Below are positions 29,412 through 38,434 of a stretch of 64,000 nt of DNA, piece by piece. Below the pieces are notes generated by a model, which was given only the letters and a program-made list of their open reading frames with translations, was not told the DNA's origin and did not search any database. Every line of letters starts with the position of its first letter. Within the stretch, counting starts at the first letter, position 1. Source of the DNA: Gammaproteobacteria bacterium (GTDB lineage Bacteria; Pseudomonadota; Gammaproteobacteria; G965277405); assembly GCA_965277405.1 (NCBI GenBank), contig OZ255726.1:1856001-1920000 (forward strand), written 5' to 3'. A program made the translations under genes and the position numbers.

Positions 29412-29436
29412 ATCAGCGGACTTAATCAGACCTTCC
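29412..29436 (-). mobile_element. MITE left-end remnant providing the ABC ATPase stop
   Basis: reverse complement GGAAGGTCTGATTAAGTCCGCTGAT. Confidence 0.75.
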
Positions 29437-30045
29437 CAAGGTAACTACGTTATTTACTGCCGCTGTATCTTGCGGGTCGTGGGTTACCAGCAGCGTGGTG
29501 ATCTGTTGTTGTTGGATAAAACGATAGCACCATTGGCGTAGGTCATGCCGCAGTGTTTGGTCAAGCGATGCAAACGGCTCGTCGAGCAGCAACACTTTAG
29601 GTCGCGTCACCAACGTCCGCGCGATGGCAACGCGTTGTTGTTCCCCGCCTGAAATATTGCAGACATGGCTAGTTGCCAAATGGGCGATTTGACAAGTTGC
29701 TAACATCGTCATTGCTCGCTGGCGCGCTTGTTTTTTGGGAAGTTTATACAAGCCAAAGGTAATATTGCTGAGCACATTAAGGTGGGGAAACAACGCATAC
29801 TGCTGGAAGACAAAACCAACATTACGCAGTTGTGGCGGGACGGTGTGGATAGGCGTGCCGTTTAATATTATTTCGCCGCTATCACCATTTTCCAGTCCGG
29901 CAATGACCCGCAATAAAGTCGATTTACCGCAGCCAGATGCACCCAGGACAGCGGTAATGCTCCCAGTGGCGCAGCGCAGCGAAAAGTCACTAAACAACGG
30001 CGGTTTGCCTGCAAAAGTTTTTGATAAACGCTGTATTTCAAGCAT
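29422..30045 (-). CDS. thiamine ABC transporter ATP-binding protein (ThiQ-like, short)
   Basis: GASGCGKST, VFQQYALFPHL, ISGGEQQRVA, LLDEPF, VTHD; last gene of TPP-riboswitch operon. Confidence 0.8.
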   Translation of the reverse strand: MLEIQRLSKTFAGKPPLFSDFSLRCATGSITAVLGASGCGKSTLLRVIAGLENGDSGEIILNGTPIHTVPPQLRNVGFVFQQYALFPHLNVLSNITFGLYKLPKKQARQRAMTMLATCQIAHLATSHVCNISGGEQQRVAIARTLVTRPKVLLLDEPFASLDQTLRHDLRQWCYRFIQQQQITTLLVTHDPQDTAAVNNVVTLGRSD

Positions 30046-31591
30046 ACCACACTACTGGTTGACGACCGCGCACCAACGCATACCAGGCAACTACTAGGCA
30101 GAGTAGCTCTATCGCAATCAGTTGGGCGTGAAAATGGTTGATAGCACCAGCACGGCTTATTTTCTGGTAGAGCAACGTTGTTAAAGCAAGCCATTTTGGG
30201 CGTGATAAAAACAGGGTAATGGCAAATTCACCAATAGCGGTTGCCCCGGCAATGGTCAGCCCTTGTCGCCATACTGGTAACATTAGCGGGATGATAATTC
30301 GCAGCCAAACCCGCAAGTTTGATGCCCCAAGCGTCTGAGCTGCCTCGATATAACTGACTGATATGCGCTCGAGTGCGCTAGTCAATTGCAGACCTAATAA
30401 TGGATATGCAATAAAAATATACGCGGCGAGCAACACAGTCATTGAGCCAGCAACGCCTGGGTATGCATGCAGAATCCCAACCCCGAGTAAAACTGGAGAT
30501 ATAAGCCATGGCAGGAGAAAGACGCCACGCATCCATCGCCAACGCAGCGTACAAATTGCATGCAGCCATGCCAAGACGCTGGCTCCTACTGCCGTAATAA
30601 GCGTAAACGTCAGCGTATTTATCCAAGCAGCACGATGCTGAGCAGAGCTGAATAATTGCCAACTGCTGGACCATGACCAGTCGATAATCGGTGACAACAA
30701 CGCCAGCAGTATTGGGGTAATACACACGCAACAAAACACGCTGATGATTACGCTAATACCACTGCGTTGCTGCCATGTTGTCAGCGGTTTTGTTGCCAGC
30801 GGCTGCGGTGTGTGTTGGTGGCGTATATGGCTATGCAGCCATGCATATATTGCGATCAATATGCCGCCTAGCGTCAACAGGGTCAGCGCCAACACTGTTG
30901 CTGCGCTAATTTTGAGTTGGTGGGCGAGCAAAGAATAAATCTCAACTTCAATGGTCGCATGGCGAAACCCAGACAGCATTATTGCCAAGCTAAAATTGCT
31001 GCTGCAGAAGGCGACGACCAATACTAAGCAGGTGGATAATTGCGCAGCTATTAACCGCAGTTCGAGGATAAAAAAACGTCGGGTATTGCTAAAACCAAGT
31101 AATGTCGCTGCTGCAAGCAGCGGTTTTGGCAGTGAAGAAAATGCTTTTTGGCAGGTAATTGCGACAAACCCTGCGTTAAAAAACACATTGCCAAATATCA
31201 ACAGCAATGGATGTTGTTCATGCCATATCAACAAGATACCTTGTGCCGCGACTAATGTTGGCATGACAAAGGGAAGCAACAAGCTGCGTTCGATTATTTG
31301 CTGCCCAAAGAAATGAAAACGTGCCAACACCCAGCCGAGGGCCACACCAATCAACCCAGCGGCGGCGGCACTTGCCAACGCCTGTCCGATGGTCCATGCC
31401 AGCACCCGCTGATAATAACGCTCTTGTAACATAGCCCAAGGGAGTGATTCCGCGTGGCTGAGCAATCCAGCCAACGGAATCACCACAATGAAGGTAACCA
31501 TAGTTGCCACTGCAACCAAGCTGAGGACTGCCAATCGTGTAGCAACAAGCAGGTGGATTGTTATTCTCCACGAATCATAATAGCAATCCAT
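30038..31591 (-). CDS. thiP: thiamine ABC transporter permease (start uncertain)
   Basis: two permease halves, LPFVMPTLV, EAAQTLGA loop, IGEF. Confidence 0.8.
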   Translation of the reverse strand: MDCYYDSWRITIHLLVATRLAVLSLVAVATMVTFIVVIPLAGLLSHAESLPWAMLQERYYQRVLAWTIGQALASAAAAGLIGVALGWVLARFHFFGQQIIERSLLLPFVMPTLVAAQGILLIWHEQHPLLLIFGNVFFNAGFVAITCQKAFSSLPKPLLAAATLLGFSNTRRFFILELRLIAAQLSTCLVLVVAFCSSNFSLAIMLSGFRHATIEVEIYSLLAHQLKISAATVLALTLLTLGGILIAIYAWLHSHIRHQHTPQPLATKPLTTWQQRSGISVIISVFCCVCITPILLALLSPIIDWSWSSSWQLFSSAQHRAAWINTLTFTLITAVGASVLAWLHAICTLRWRWMRGVFLLPWLISPVLLGVGILHAYPGVAGSMTVLLAAYIFIAYPLLGLQLTSALERISVSYIEAAQTLGASNLRVWLRIIIPLMLPVWRQGLTIAGATAIGEFAITLFLSRPKWLALTTLLYQKISRAGAINHFHAQLIAIELLCLVVAWYALVRGRQPVVWYA

Positions 31592-32607
31592 TCGCTAATC
31601 CAACGCGCAGAATTTTCGCGTATTGTAATACGAGTTGGAGTATTGGTTGATTGTGGTTGCCCAGCTTCGCGCAGCAGTGGCAGCACAGTTGCGTCTGCAT
31701 TGGCAGGAAGCATCCACATCGTTGTTTGCAACGCTGCTTGGGTGCGTACTGAGCGTATGAAGTTGATGAATTTTGCTGCATGGGTGGCGTCGCCGCCTGC
31801 GATAACACCTATGCCTTCAACTTGATGGAAGGCAATGTCATTTAAAAACAAATTTGCCGTTGGGGCTGTGGTTGGCTGGCTATCAACGTAATACATCTCG
31901 GCGGCAGGGCTTGACGCATAACTGACAACCAACGGTCGATCACCACCGTTACGCGAAAAACTTTGGTAGTATGCTGCGCTCCAGCCTTTGGTAATGGCAA
32001 CGCCGTTATCGCGGGCTGAACGCCACCATCGGAACGCGGCGTCCTCGCCAAGCGCGGCGATGGTTATACACAGCCACGCGAACCCAGGGCTCGATGTTGC
32101 TGGATGTTCTACAACGAGCAACTTGGCAAATTGTGGCTGCGCAAGTTGTGCAAGAGATTGCGGTAGCGCAATATTGTTGTCTGCAAACCATGCCGTATCA
32201 TAGTTTAAAGTAACGTAGCCATGGTCAACCGCAGCAAGCGTTGCTGGTAAGTCAAAATTAGCAGAATGGTTGATTGGGGTAACCGCTGTTGGTAATGGCG
32301 CCAGTAATTGATGCTTTGTTGCGGTTGCAGCGAGCGCGTTGTCAATTCCATATACAATGTCAGCGATTGGTTGCGCTGCGGTGAGTACCATGGTATTAAC
32401 CATCGCCCCAGCGTCGCCTGCTTGGATAACCTCAACGGTGATGTTGTGTTTTTTTTCAAACTCCTCGAGCATCCCTGTTGGCAATGAGAAAGAGTCGTGG
32501 GTAAGCAGCCTGATGGATGCTGCAAATGCGGGGGATGCGCTGCCCAACGCTGCCACAATACAAGATATTGTCAGCAAAACTTTAAGCGCACGGAATGATG
32601 GTATCAT
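31561..32607 (-). CDS. thiB: thiamine ABC transporter substrate-binding protein
   Basis: LLTHDSF, GDAG, YGIDN, D.GYV, P.TSSPG, GWS.AY, VVSYASSP; preceded by TPP riboswitch. Confidence 0.9.
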   Translation of the reverse strand: MIPSFRALKVLLTISCIVAALGSASPAFAASIRLLTHDSFSLPTGMLEEFEKKHNITVEVIQAGDAGAMVNTMVLTAAQPIADIVYGIDNALAATATKHQLLAPLPTAVTPINHSANFDLPATLAAVDHGYVTLNYDTAWFADNNIALPQSLAQLAQPQFAKLLVVEHPATSSPGFAWLCITIAALGEDAAFRWWRSARDNGVAITKGWSAAYYQSFSRNGGDRPLVVSYASSPAAEMYYVDSQPTTAPTANLFLNDIAFHQVEGIGVIAGGDATHAAKFINFIRSVRTQAALQTTMWMLPANADATVLPLLREAGQPQSTNTPTRITIRENSARWISEWIAIMIRGE

Positions 32608-32650
32608 GAGTACTCCTGATGAATGAACAAAAAAAAATATCAGCAGTACT

Positions 32651-32720
32651 CATCTCCCTTCGCTGGTATTAACCAGTGCAGGTTCGGAGGGTATTTCTCA
32701 GCCATATAGCACCCCTGATG
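32651..32720 (-). ncRNA. TPP riboswitch aptamer
   Basis: minus strand CATCAGGGGTGC..GGCTGAGAAATACCC..GAACCTG..GGTTAATACCAGCGAAGGGAGATG has the THI-box conserved elements. Confidence 0.95.
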
Positions 32721-32762
32721 TTGGTTTGAGTATATCCTTACAGCAAATAATATCTAGTGCTT

Positions 32763-33704
32763 ATGCCCCAGTTTCGTTTTCAAATTCCAATGCAAGCTAC
32801 TGCTCGACGCATCGACCAGGTTGCAGCGCAATTCTTTCCTGATTTCTCCCGCAGCCACCTCAGCAAATGTATCCGCAATGGCGCGTTGACCGTCGATGGT
32901 GAGAATGTCAAAAACAGCCATATTGTCCTTGGTGGGGAGAATGTAGCGTTGGTGGTGGAGGCAAATACGTCGACTACAGTGCAGGCAGAAACCGGTGAAA
33001 TAGACGTAGTGTATCAAGATGAAGCAATTGCCGTTCTCAATAAACCCGCAGGATTGGTGATGCACCCTGGCGCTGGCAATCAAACTGGCACATTGGTTAA
33101 CCGTGTCTTGCACCATTTTCCAGCATTGCATGATGTTACCCGCCATGGCTTAGTCCACCGTTTGGACAAAGATACCACGGGGCTGTTAATAGTTGCACTT
33201 AACAATGCAGCGTATAACAATTTGATTGCACAGCTGGCTTTGCGCAGGGTGTCGCGTCAGTATCTGGCAATAGTTGTTGGGCGGGTGCAGGCTGGGCGGC
33301 GTATCGAAAACACCATTGGTCGCGATGCTAATAATCGGCAACGTATGGCAGTGTTGAGTGACCTTGCTGCGACTTCGCGCGGGAAATATGCGGTAACCGC
33401 AGTAGCACCGCTTGAGTTGTTTGACGGGGCAACATTGCTGCGCTGTACCTTGCATACTGGCAGAACGCATCAAATACGCGTCCATTTGCACCATATTGGT
33501 TTTCCAGTTGTTGGCGACCAAACATATGGTATTAAGCGTAACTGTTTGCGCCATTTACCCAAGGAACTAATAGACTTTCCCCGCCAAGCACTGCATGCAA
33601 CTGAATTGGGGTTGTTACACCCAATAACCCACGCAGCCTGCCAGTGGCAGGTAGCTGTTCCGCAAGATTTTTCGACGTTGCTGGCAAGCTTACGAGATGG
33701 ATAG
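32763..33704 (+). CDS. rluD: 23S rRNA pseudouridine synthase RluD
   Basis: S4-like RIDQ..A...PD.SRS, NKPAGLV.HPG.G, VHRLDKDTTG, TGRTHQIRVH, RQALHA. Confidence 0.93.
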   Translation: MPQFRFQIPMQATARRIDQVAAQFFPDFSRSHLSKCIRNGALTVDGENVKNSHIVLGGENVALVVEANTSTTVQAETGEIDVVYQDEAIAVLNKPAGLVMHPGAGNQTGTLVNRVLHHFPALHDVTRHGLVHRLDKDTTGLLIVALNNAAYNNLIAQLALRRVSRQYLAIVVGRVQAGRRIENTIGRDANNRQRMAVLSDLAATSRGKYAVTAVAPLELFDGATLLRCTLHTGRTHQIRVHLHHIGFPVVGDQTYGIKRNCLRHLPKELIDFPRQALHATELGLLHPITHAACQWQVAVPQDFSTLLASLRDG

Positions 33705-33716
33705 GCAGAATTAACT

Positions 33717-34412
33717 ATGGATGTCATTCGCCCGTTGGCAAATGTATTGGTAACTACCCGCAAGCAGGGTGCTGCTAGCGCACCGTATTACCGCGGTAAC
33801 CTTGCTCAACATGTTGGTGACGACGCGCAGGCGGTGGCACAAAATCGTCTAGCTGTGCAACAGCTATTACCTGCAAACACGGCAATTCAATGGATGCAGC
33901 AAGTGCACGGCAGCGATGTGGTGGCAATAGCTAGCGTGAGCAGCGGTATTGTTGCCGATGGGGTGTGGACGACCCAGCGCAATATTGCCCTCGCAGTGAT
34001 GACAGCAGATTGTGTGCCTGTTGTGTTGCACAGCAACGAGGCAATTGCGGTATTGCATTGTGGCTGGCGCAGTATTGCAGGTGGGATTATTAGCAAAGCA
34101 TTGCAACAGTTACAGCGGTATACAACATTTAAGGCGTGGATCGGCCCTGCAATTTGCCAGTGCTGCTATCAAGTAGATGCTCCCGTGCGCGACGCAATGT
34201 TAGCGCTCGATGCCAGCAATGAGCAATATTGTGTTGCCGATGGCAGCCAGCACTGGAAAATTGATTTACCAGCGCTAGTGGCATCCCAGTTAGCAGGGTA
34301 CGCAGTGGCAGTAACCCAATCTGGATTTTGCACATACCATCAACCAGAGCTGTGGTTTTCGCATCGTCACAGTCGACAATGTGGGCGGTTTGCAACGATG
34401 GTGTGGCGATGA
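33717..34412 (+). CDS. pgeF: peptidoglycan editing factor / purine nucleoside phosphorylase (YfiH)
   Basis: NLA.HVGDD, QVHG, MTADC.PV, HCGWR, IGPAI; follows rluD. Confidence 0.9.
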   Translation: MDVIRPLANVLVTTRKQGAASAPYYRGNLAQHVGDDAQAVAQNRLAVQQLLPANTAIQWMQQVHGSDVVAIASVSSGIVADGVWTTQRNIALAVMTADCVPVVLHSNEAIAVLHCGWRSIAGGIISKALQQLQRYTTFKAWIGPAICQCCYQVDAPVRDAMLALDASNEQYCVADGSQHWKIDLPALVASQLAGYAVAVTQSGFCTYHQPELWFSHRHSRQCGRFATMVWR

Positions 34413-35542
34413 ATATTGGCATGATTGCTGGTGAAATTTCTGCTGACATATTGGGGGCTGGGTTAATTCAACAACTCCAGCATCAATCCAACAATAGTTG
34501 TACGTTTGTTGGTGTGGGTGGCGAGCAAATGGTGCAACAAGGGCTTGAGTGTCTGGTGCCAATGCAGGAGCTAACCACATTCGGCATTGTTGAGGCTATG
34601 CAACATTTACCACGATTATTGCGGATACAAAAAAGCCTGAAGCATACGTTACTCGAACGCAAACTCGATGTGTTTATCGGCATTGACTTGCCTGATTTTA
34701 ACATTGGCATCGAGCGCTATTTAAAAAAAAATGGTATTTGTGTCGTGCATTATGTCAGCCCAACGGTGTGGGCATGGCGGCAACAGCGTGTCCATCAGTT
34801 TGGTAAAGCCTGTAACCTGATGCTATGCATGTATCCGTTTGAACCTGAAATCTACCAACGCTTTGGCTATACCGCAACTTTTGTTGGGCATCCACTTGCC
34901 GATGCTATTCCTCCACAGCGTGATCAAGCGCAGGCCAAGGCTAATCTCCAACTCCAGGCGGGGACGGTTATCGCCTTGCTCGCAGGTTCGCGTAGCAGTG
35001 AAGTCAACAATGTATTCGATGCGTTCTACGCAGGCACGCAACAATTCTTAGCTACGCAAACCTCAGCGCAAATTGTCATCGCAGCAGCAACTCAACAGCT
35101 TGCTACGTTGATGCAGCAGCAGATACAGCCAGTAAATAGCAATACTAAAATTGTTGTTGGCAAGACCAGGCAGGTTCTTGCAGCAGCAGATATTGCCTTG
35201 GTGTGTTCTGGTACGGCAACGCTTGAAGCGTGTTTGCTCAAAGTGCCGATGGTTGTTGGCTATAAAATGCATTGGGCATCATATTTGGTGTTAAAAATGC
35301 TGGTGCGCACCACATGGGTTGCCCAGCCAAACTGGCTCGCTGATGAATGTATTGCCCCAGAATTGTTGCAAAGTGCACTCAACTCTGCAGCAATTTGCCA
35401 GCGGTTGACAGAGGTGTTTGCGCGCAACCAGACAGAAAAAAACTATTACCAAACAGCGTGCACGAATATTTATACCAAGTTACGCCAAGGTGCATCGACG
35501 CTAGCGGCGCGTGCGGTGCTGGAGCATTCGCAGCAGCAATAA
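34409..35542 (+). CDS. lpxB: lipid-A-disaccharide synthase
   Basis: IAGE.SAD, GID.PDFN, HYVSP.VWAWR, FVGHPL, GSR..E, SGTATLE. Confidence 0.95.
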   Translation: MNIGMIAGEISADILGAGLIQQLQHQSNNSCTFVGVGGEQMVQQGLECLVPMQELTTFGIVEAMQHLPRLLRIQKSLKHTLLERKLDVFIGIDLPDFNIGIERYLKKNGICVVHYVSPTVWAWRQQRVHQFGKACNLMLCMYPFEPEIYQRFGYTATFVGHPLADAIPPQRDQAQAKANLQLQAGTVIALLAGSRSSEVNNVFDAFYAGTQQFLATQTSAQIVIAAATQQLATLMQQQIQPVNSNTKIVVGKTRQVLAAADIALVCSGTATLEACLLKVPMVVGYKMHWASYLVLKMLVRTTWVAQPNWLADECIAPELLQSALNSAAICQRLTEVFARNQTEKNYYQTACTNIYTKLRQGASTLAARAVLEHSQQQ

Positions 35543-35552
35543 TAGCCGTTAA

Positions 35553-35645
35553 GGCAGCTCTGATTAAGTCCATGACGGGGGAGACGGAGCAAAAACGCTG
35601 ATGATAACTTAAGCGCATGCGTAGCTAACATTGGTGGGTATTATC
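35553..35645 (-). mobile_element. MITE right third
   Basis: TTAA|GGCAGCTCTGATTAAGTCCATGACGGGGGAGACGGAGCAAAAACGCTGATGATAACTTAAGCGCA is the reverse complement of the MITE right end. Confidence 0.8.
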
Positions 35646-35682
35646 AATTGACCAGCCGTTACAGACAAGGCGTAGCAAATGG

Positions 35683-36564
35683 CTAGATATGCGTGATGTA
35701 TTGGGAAAATAGTTGGTAGTCTAGCAGCCAGTCTGGGCCAAAGTAGATACATAGCCATGCGGGAATGAGCAAAAATGGGCCAAACGGCATTGGATCGTGC
35801 AGGTTGCGCATCCGTAATGTTGCAGTAAGCAGGTTAAACAATAACCCTGTAACACTGCCAACAAATATAATGGTTATTAACGAATCATAGCCAGCCCAAG
35901 CACCAAGCGCTGCGAGCAGTTTAATATCTCCCATTCCAAGTGCTTCACGGTGCAACACGGCTTTGCTAGCAATGTAGAGCACATAGAAAAAACCATATCC
36001 AGCGATGCAGCCGATAAACGCCTCATAAAAACGTTGCTGTGTGTAAAAGTGATAGATGAGACCACTCCACAATAATGCATACACCAACACATCAGGTAAT
36101 ATCTGGTGCTTGCCGTCAATGAGCAGTAGGCTGAACATCAGCATTGATGCGGCTATCAGCGCGAATGCATCGAGGCTTATACCAAAGGTATGGACGATGA
36201 GTACACACAGCCAAGCACTGACGATTTCGACGAGTGGGTAAGTTATACTTATTGGTGATTTGCAGGAATGACATTTACCGCATACCGCCAGATAACTGAA
36301 AACAGGTATCAACAGCCACCACGGCAATGACCTTGCGCATGTTGGGCAATGCGAGCGTGGGGTAATTAGATTGAATGGAGGTGGCGGTTGCTCCGTTGGT
36401 AGCTCAAGATACTCTTGTGCCGCTGCAGTCCATGACTGGTTTAGCATGATGGGCAGGCGGTGGGTGAGGCAATTGAGAAAGCTGCCAGCGAGTAAACCAA
36501 ATAACCCTGCCAGCAGTAAATGGATATATGCAGGGTAGAAAGTGATGCTATACAATCCATTCAT
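35683..36564 (-). CDS. pilD: prepilin peptidase (A24)
   Basis: GSFLN....RLP, PRS.CP.C, G.C..C, YP.VE, D..HQILPD, GMGD.KL, PFGPFL. Confidence 0.93.
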   Translation of the reverse strand: MNGLYSITFYPAYIHLLLAGLFGLLAGSFLNCLTHRLPIMLNQSWTAAAQEYLELPTEQPPPPFNLITPRSHCPTCARSLPWWLLIPVFSYLAVCGKCHSCKSPISITYPLVEIVSAWLCVLIVHTFGISLDAFALIAASMLMFSLLLIDGKHQILPDVLVYALLWSGLIYHFYTQQRFYEAFIGCIAGYGFFYVLYIASKAVLHREALGMGDIKLLAALGAWAGYDSLITIIFVGSVTGLLFNLLTATLRMRNLHDPMPFGPFLLIPAWLCIYFGPDWLLDYQLFSQYITHI

Positions 36565-36578
36565 TAATTTGGATTTTG

Positions 36579-36800
36579 CTAGGTAAGACGGTGCAGCGGT
36601 CCGCTAACGTGCAACAGTCCAGTTGTCAGCCCATACACAATCATAATAACCAATAGCGCACAAAGCCCGACCCGCAGATATAGCATGTAGAGTAGTCGCC
36701 GTTGCGATGCGTTGTCTTTGATTAAAAATACCAAGCCTACAGCAAGACTGGCTACGGCTGCAACAAACACAATGACAATCGCCATGCTATACAGATTCAT
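36579..36800 (-). CDS. DUF2909-like twin-TM small protein
   Basis: two TM helices, SL..GL.FL.KD.....R....L..RV.L. Confidence 0.7.
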   Translation of the reverse strand: MNLYSMAIVIVFVAAVASLAVGLVFLIKDNASQRRLLYMLYLRVGLCALLVIMIVYGLTTGLLHVSGPLHRLT

Positions 36801-38062
36801 GAAATTGGACTGAGTGTTTTTTGGTTGCCAAGATATGGTTGCAGGGCTTTAGGAATAGCAATATCGCCGTTATCAAGACTGTGGTTTTCGATGATTGCCA
36901 GTAGCGCACGCCCAACTGCAACGCCTGAACCGTTGAGAGTATGAATAAGAACATTTTCCCCATTGATTTTAACTCTACTTTGCATTCTTCGCGCTTGAAA
37001 GTCGAGACAGTTACTCACTGAAGAAATTTCTCGATACGTTTGTTGCGATGGTAGCCAGACCTCAAGATCGTATGTTTTTGCCGCAGCAAAGCCAAGGTCA
37101 CCACCACAAAGATTAACAACGCGATACGCCAGTTCAAGTTTTTGTAAAATTCTTTCTGCGTGACTGAGCATTTCTTCGTGAGCTTGCCATGAGTTGCTTG
37201 GTTCGACTAATTGCACCATTTCTACTTTGTCAAATTGGTGTTGGCGAAACATCCCGCGGTTGTCTGTGCCATAGCTGCCAGCTTCGCGGCGAAAGCACGG
37301 AGAGTGAGCAACAAGTTTGAGAGGGAGCTTGGCTGGAGTAGTAATTGTTTCGCGGAGGAAGTTACTCAACGGAATTTCTGCAGTTGGAATTAAACAGGCG
37401 CTATCGTTTTTGCAGAAAAAAATATCTTCGGCAAATTTTGGTAGTTGTCCTGTTCCATATGCCGACTGCGGGCTAACCAGATATGGCACATAACATTCTT
37501 GATAGTTATGCTCGTTGATATGGGTGTCAAGCATCATTGCCGCGAGCGCACGGTGCAGTCGGGCTGCTGGACCACGCAGTATTACAAATCGTGCCCCCGC
37601 AAGCTTGGCAGCAAGGCCAAAGTCAAGTCCAAACTTTTCTCCTAGGTCGACATGGTCTGCTGAAAGAGTGGTATTGACTGCTCCTGTTATCTTCACAACC
37701 TCGTTTTCTGCTGCTGAACTGCCTATTGGCACAGATGCATCTGGGATGTTGGGAATACTGTCGAGTAAGTCTTGGAGTTGCTGTTGTACAATTTCAAATT
37801 GCTGTTGATTGAGTTTAATCTCTGCGTTGATATCTTGCATTGCCGCAATCATTGCTGCGGTATCTGTGTCATTTTTTTTGGCAATGGCGATATCTTTTGC
37901 ACCTTGATTGCGTTGTGCTTGCAGGCGTTGTAGCTGTTGTTGTGATTCGCATCGTTGCTGTTCGATTGCTTGGTATTGATGCTCTTCAATGATGAAGTGT
38001 TTTTTTTTCAGTGCGGTCTGCACGGTTGAAAATTCGTGGCGTAGGCGCGTAGAGTCAATCAT
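36797..38062 (-). CDS. serS: serine--tRNA ligase
   Basis: IPN.P, GTGQLPKF, LIPTAE, CFRREAGS.G.D.RG..RQHQF.KVE, TYDLEVW.P, HTLNGSG.AVGR. Confidence 0.97.
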   Translation of the reverse strand: MIDSTRLRHEFSTVQTALKKKHFIIEEHQYQAIEQQRCESQQQLQRLQAQRNQGAKDIAIAKKNDTDTAAMIAAMQDINAEIKLNQQQFEIVQQQLQDLLDSIPNIPDASVPIGSSAAENEVVKITGAVNTTLSADHVDLGEKFGLDFGLAAKLAGARFVILRGPAARLHRALAAMMLDTHINEHNYQECYVPYLVSPQSAYGTGQLPKFAEDIFFCKNDSACLIPTAEIPLSNFLRETITTPAKLPLKLVAHSPCFRREAGSYGTDNRGMFRQHQFDKVEMVQLVEPSNSWQAHEEMLSHAERILQKLELAYRVVNLCGGDLGFAAAKTYDLEVWLPSQQTYREISSVSNCLDFQARRMQSRVKINGENVLIHTLNGSGVAVGRALLAIIENHSLDNGDIAIPKALQPYLGNQKTLSPIS

Positions 38063-38430
38063 ATTCGTAGAGTAGATATTAATAAAAAACCAAGGGCACA
38101 ACCAGCTACGCAGGTAGTGATAGATCCAAAAGCATAGGTTATTGCACCAAGCATGTTGGTTTCAAACATGCGGAACACTTCTAGCGAAACAGTCGAGAAT
38201 GAAGTGAATGATCCAAGCAGACCGATTTGCAGAAAATGCCGCGTTGATTCAATCATTTGGAATTGTTTGAGCAGAGCAAAAAAAACACCAATACACAACG
38301 ATCCCAGCACGTTGCAAAGCAGTGTGCCCCAATTGAATGTATTTGCTAGAGTGGCAAATTGCATGCTTATCTGCCAGCGCATGATAGCACCAATGGCGCC
38401 GCCAATTGCTACTGAGATAAGTGCGAGCAT
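38059..38430 (-). CDS. crcB: fluoride channel Fluc
   Basis: GGAIGA..R, GTL..N..GS, GLLGSFTSFST. Confidence 0.9.
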   Translation of the reverse strand: MLALISVAIGGAIGAIMRWQISMQFATLANTFNWGTLLCNVLGSLCIGVFFALLKQFQMIESTRHFLQIGLLGSFTSFSTVSLEVFRMFETNMLGAITYAFGSITTCVAGCALGFLLISTLRI

Positions 38431-38434
38431 AGTT

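Larger units (their letters stand above)
24497..29461 (+). repeat. tandem segmental duplication (unit A ~24497-26090, unit B ~26092-29461)
   Basis: both units contain the Trm112 tail, ~350-nt leader, Sel1 gene, near-identical 3' flank, MITE end and ABC-gene tail. Confidence 0.9.
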
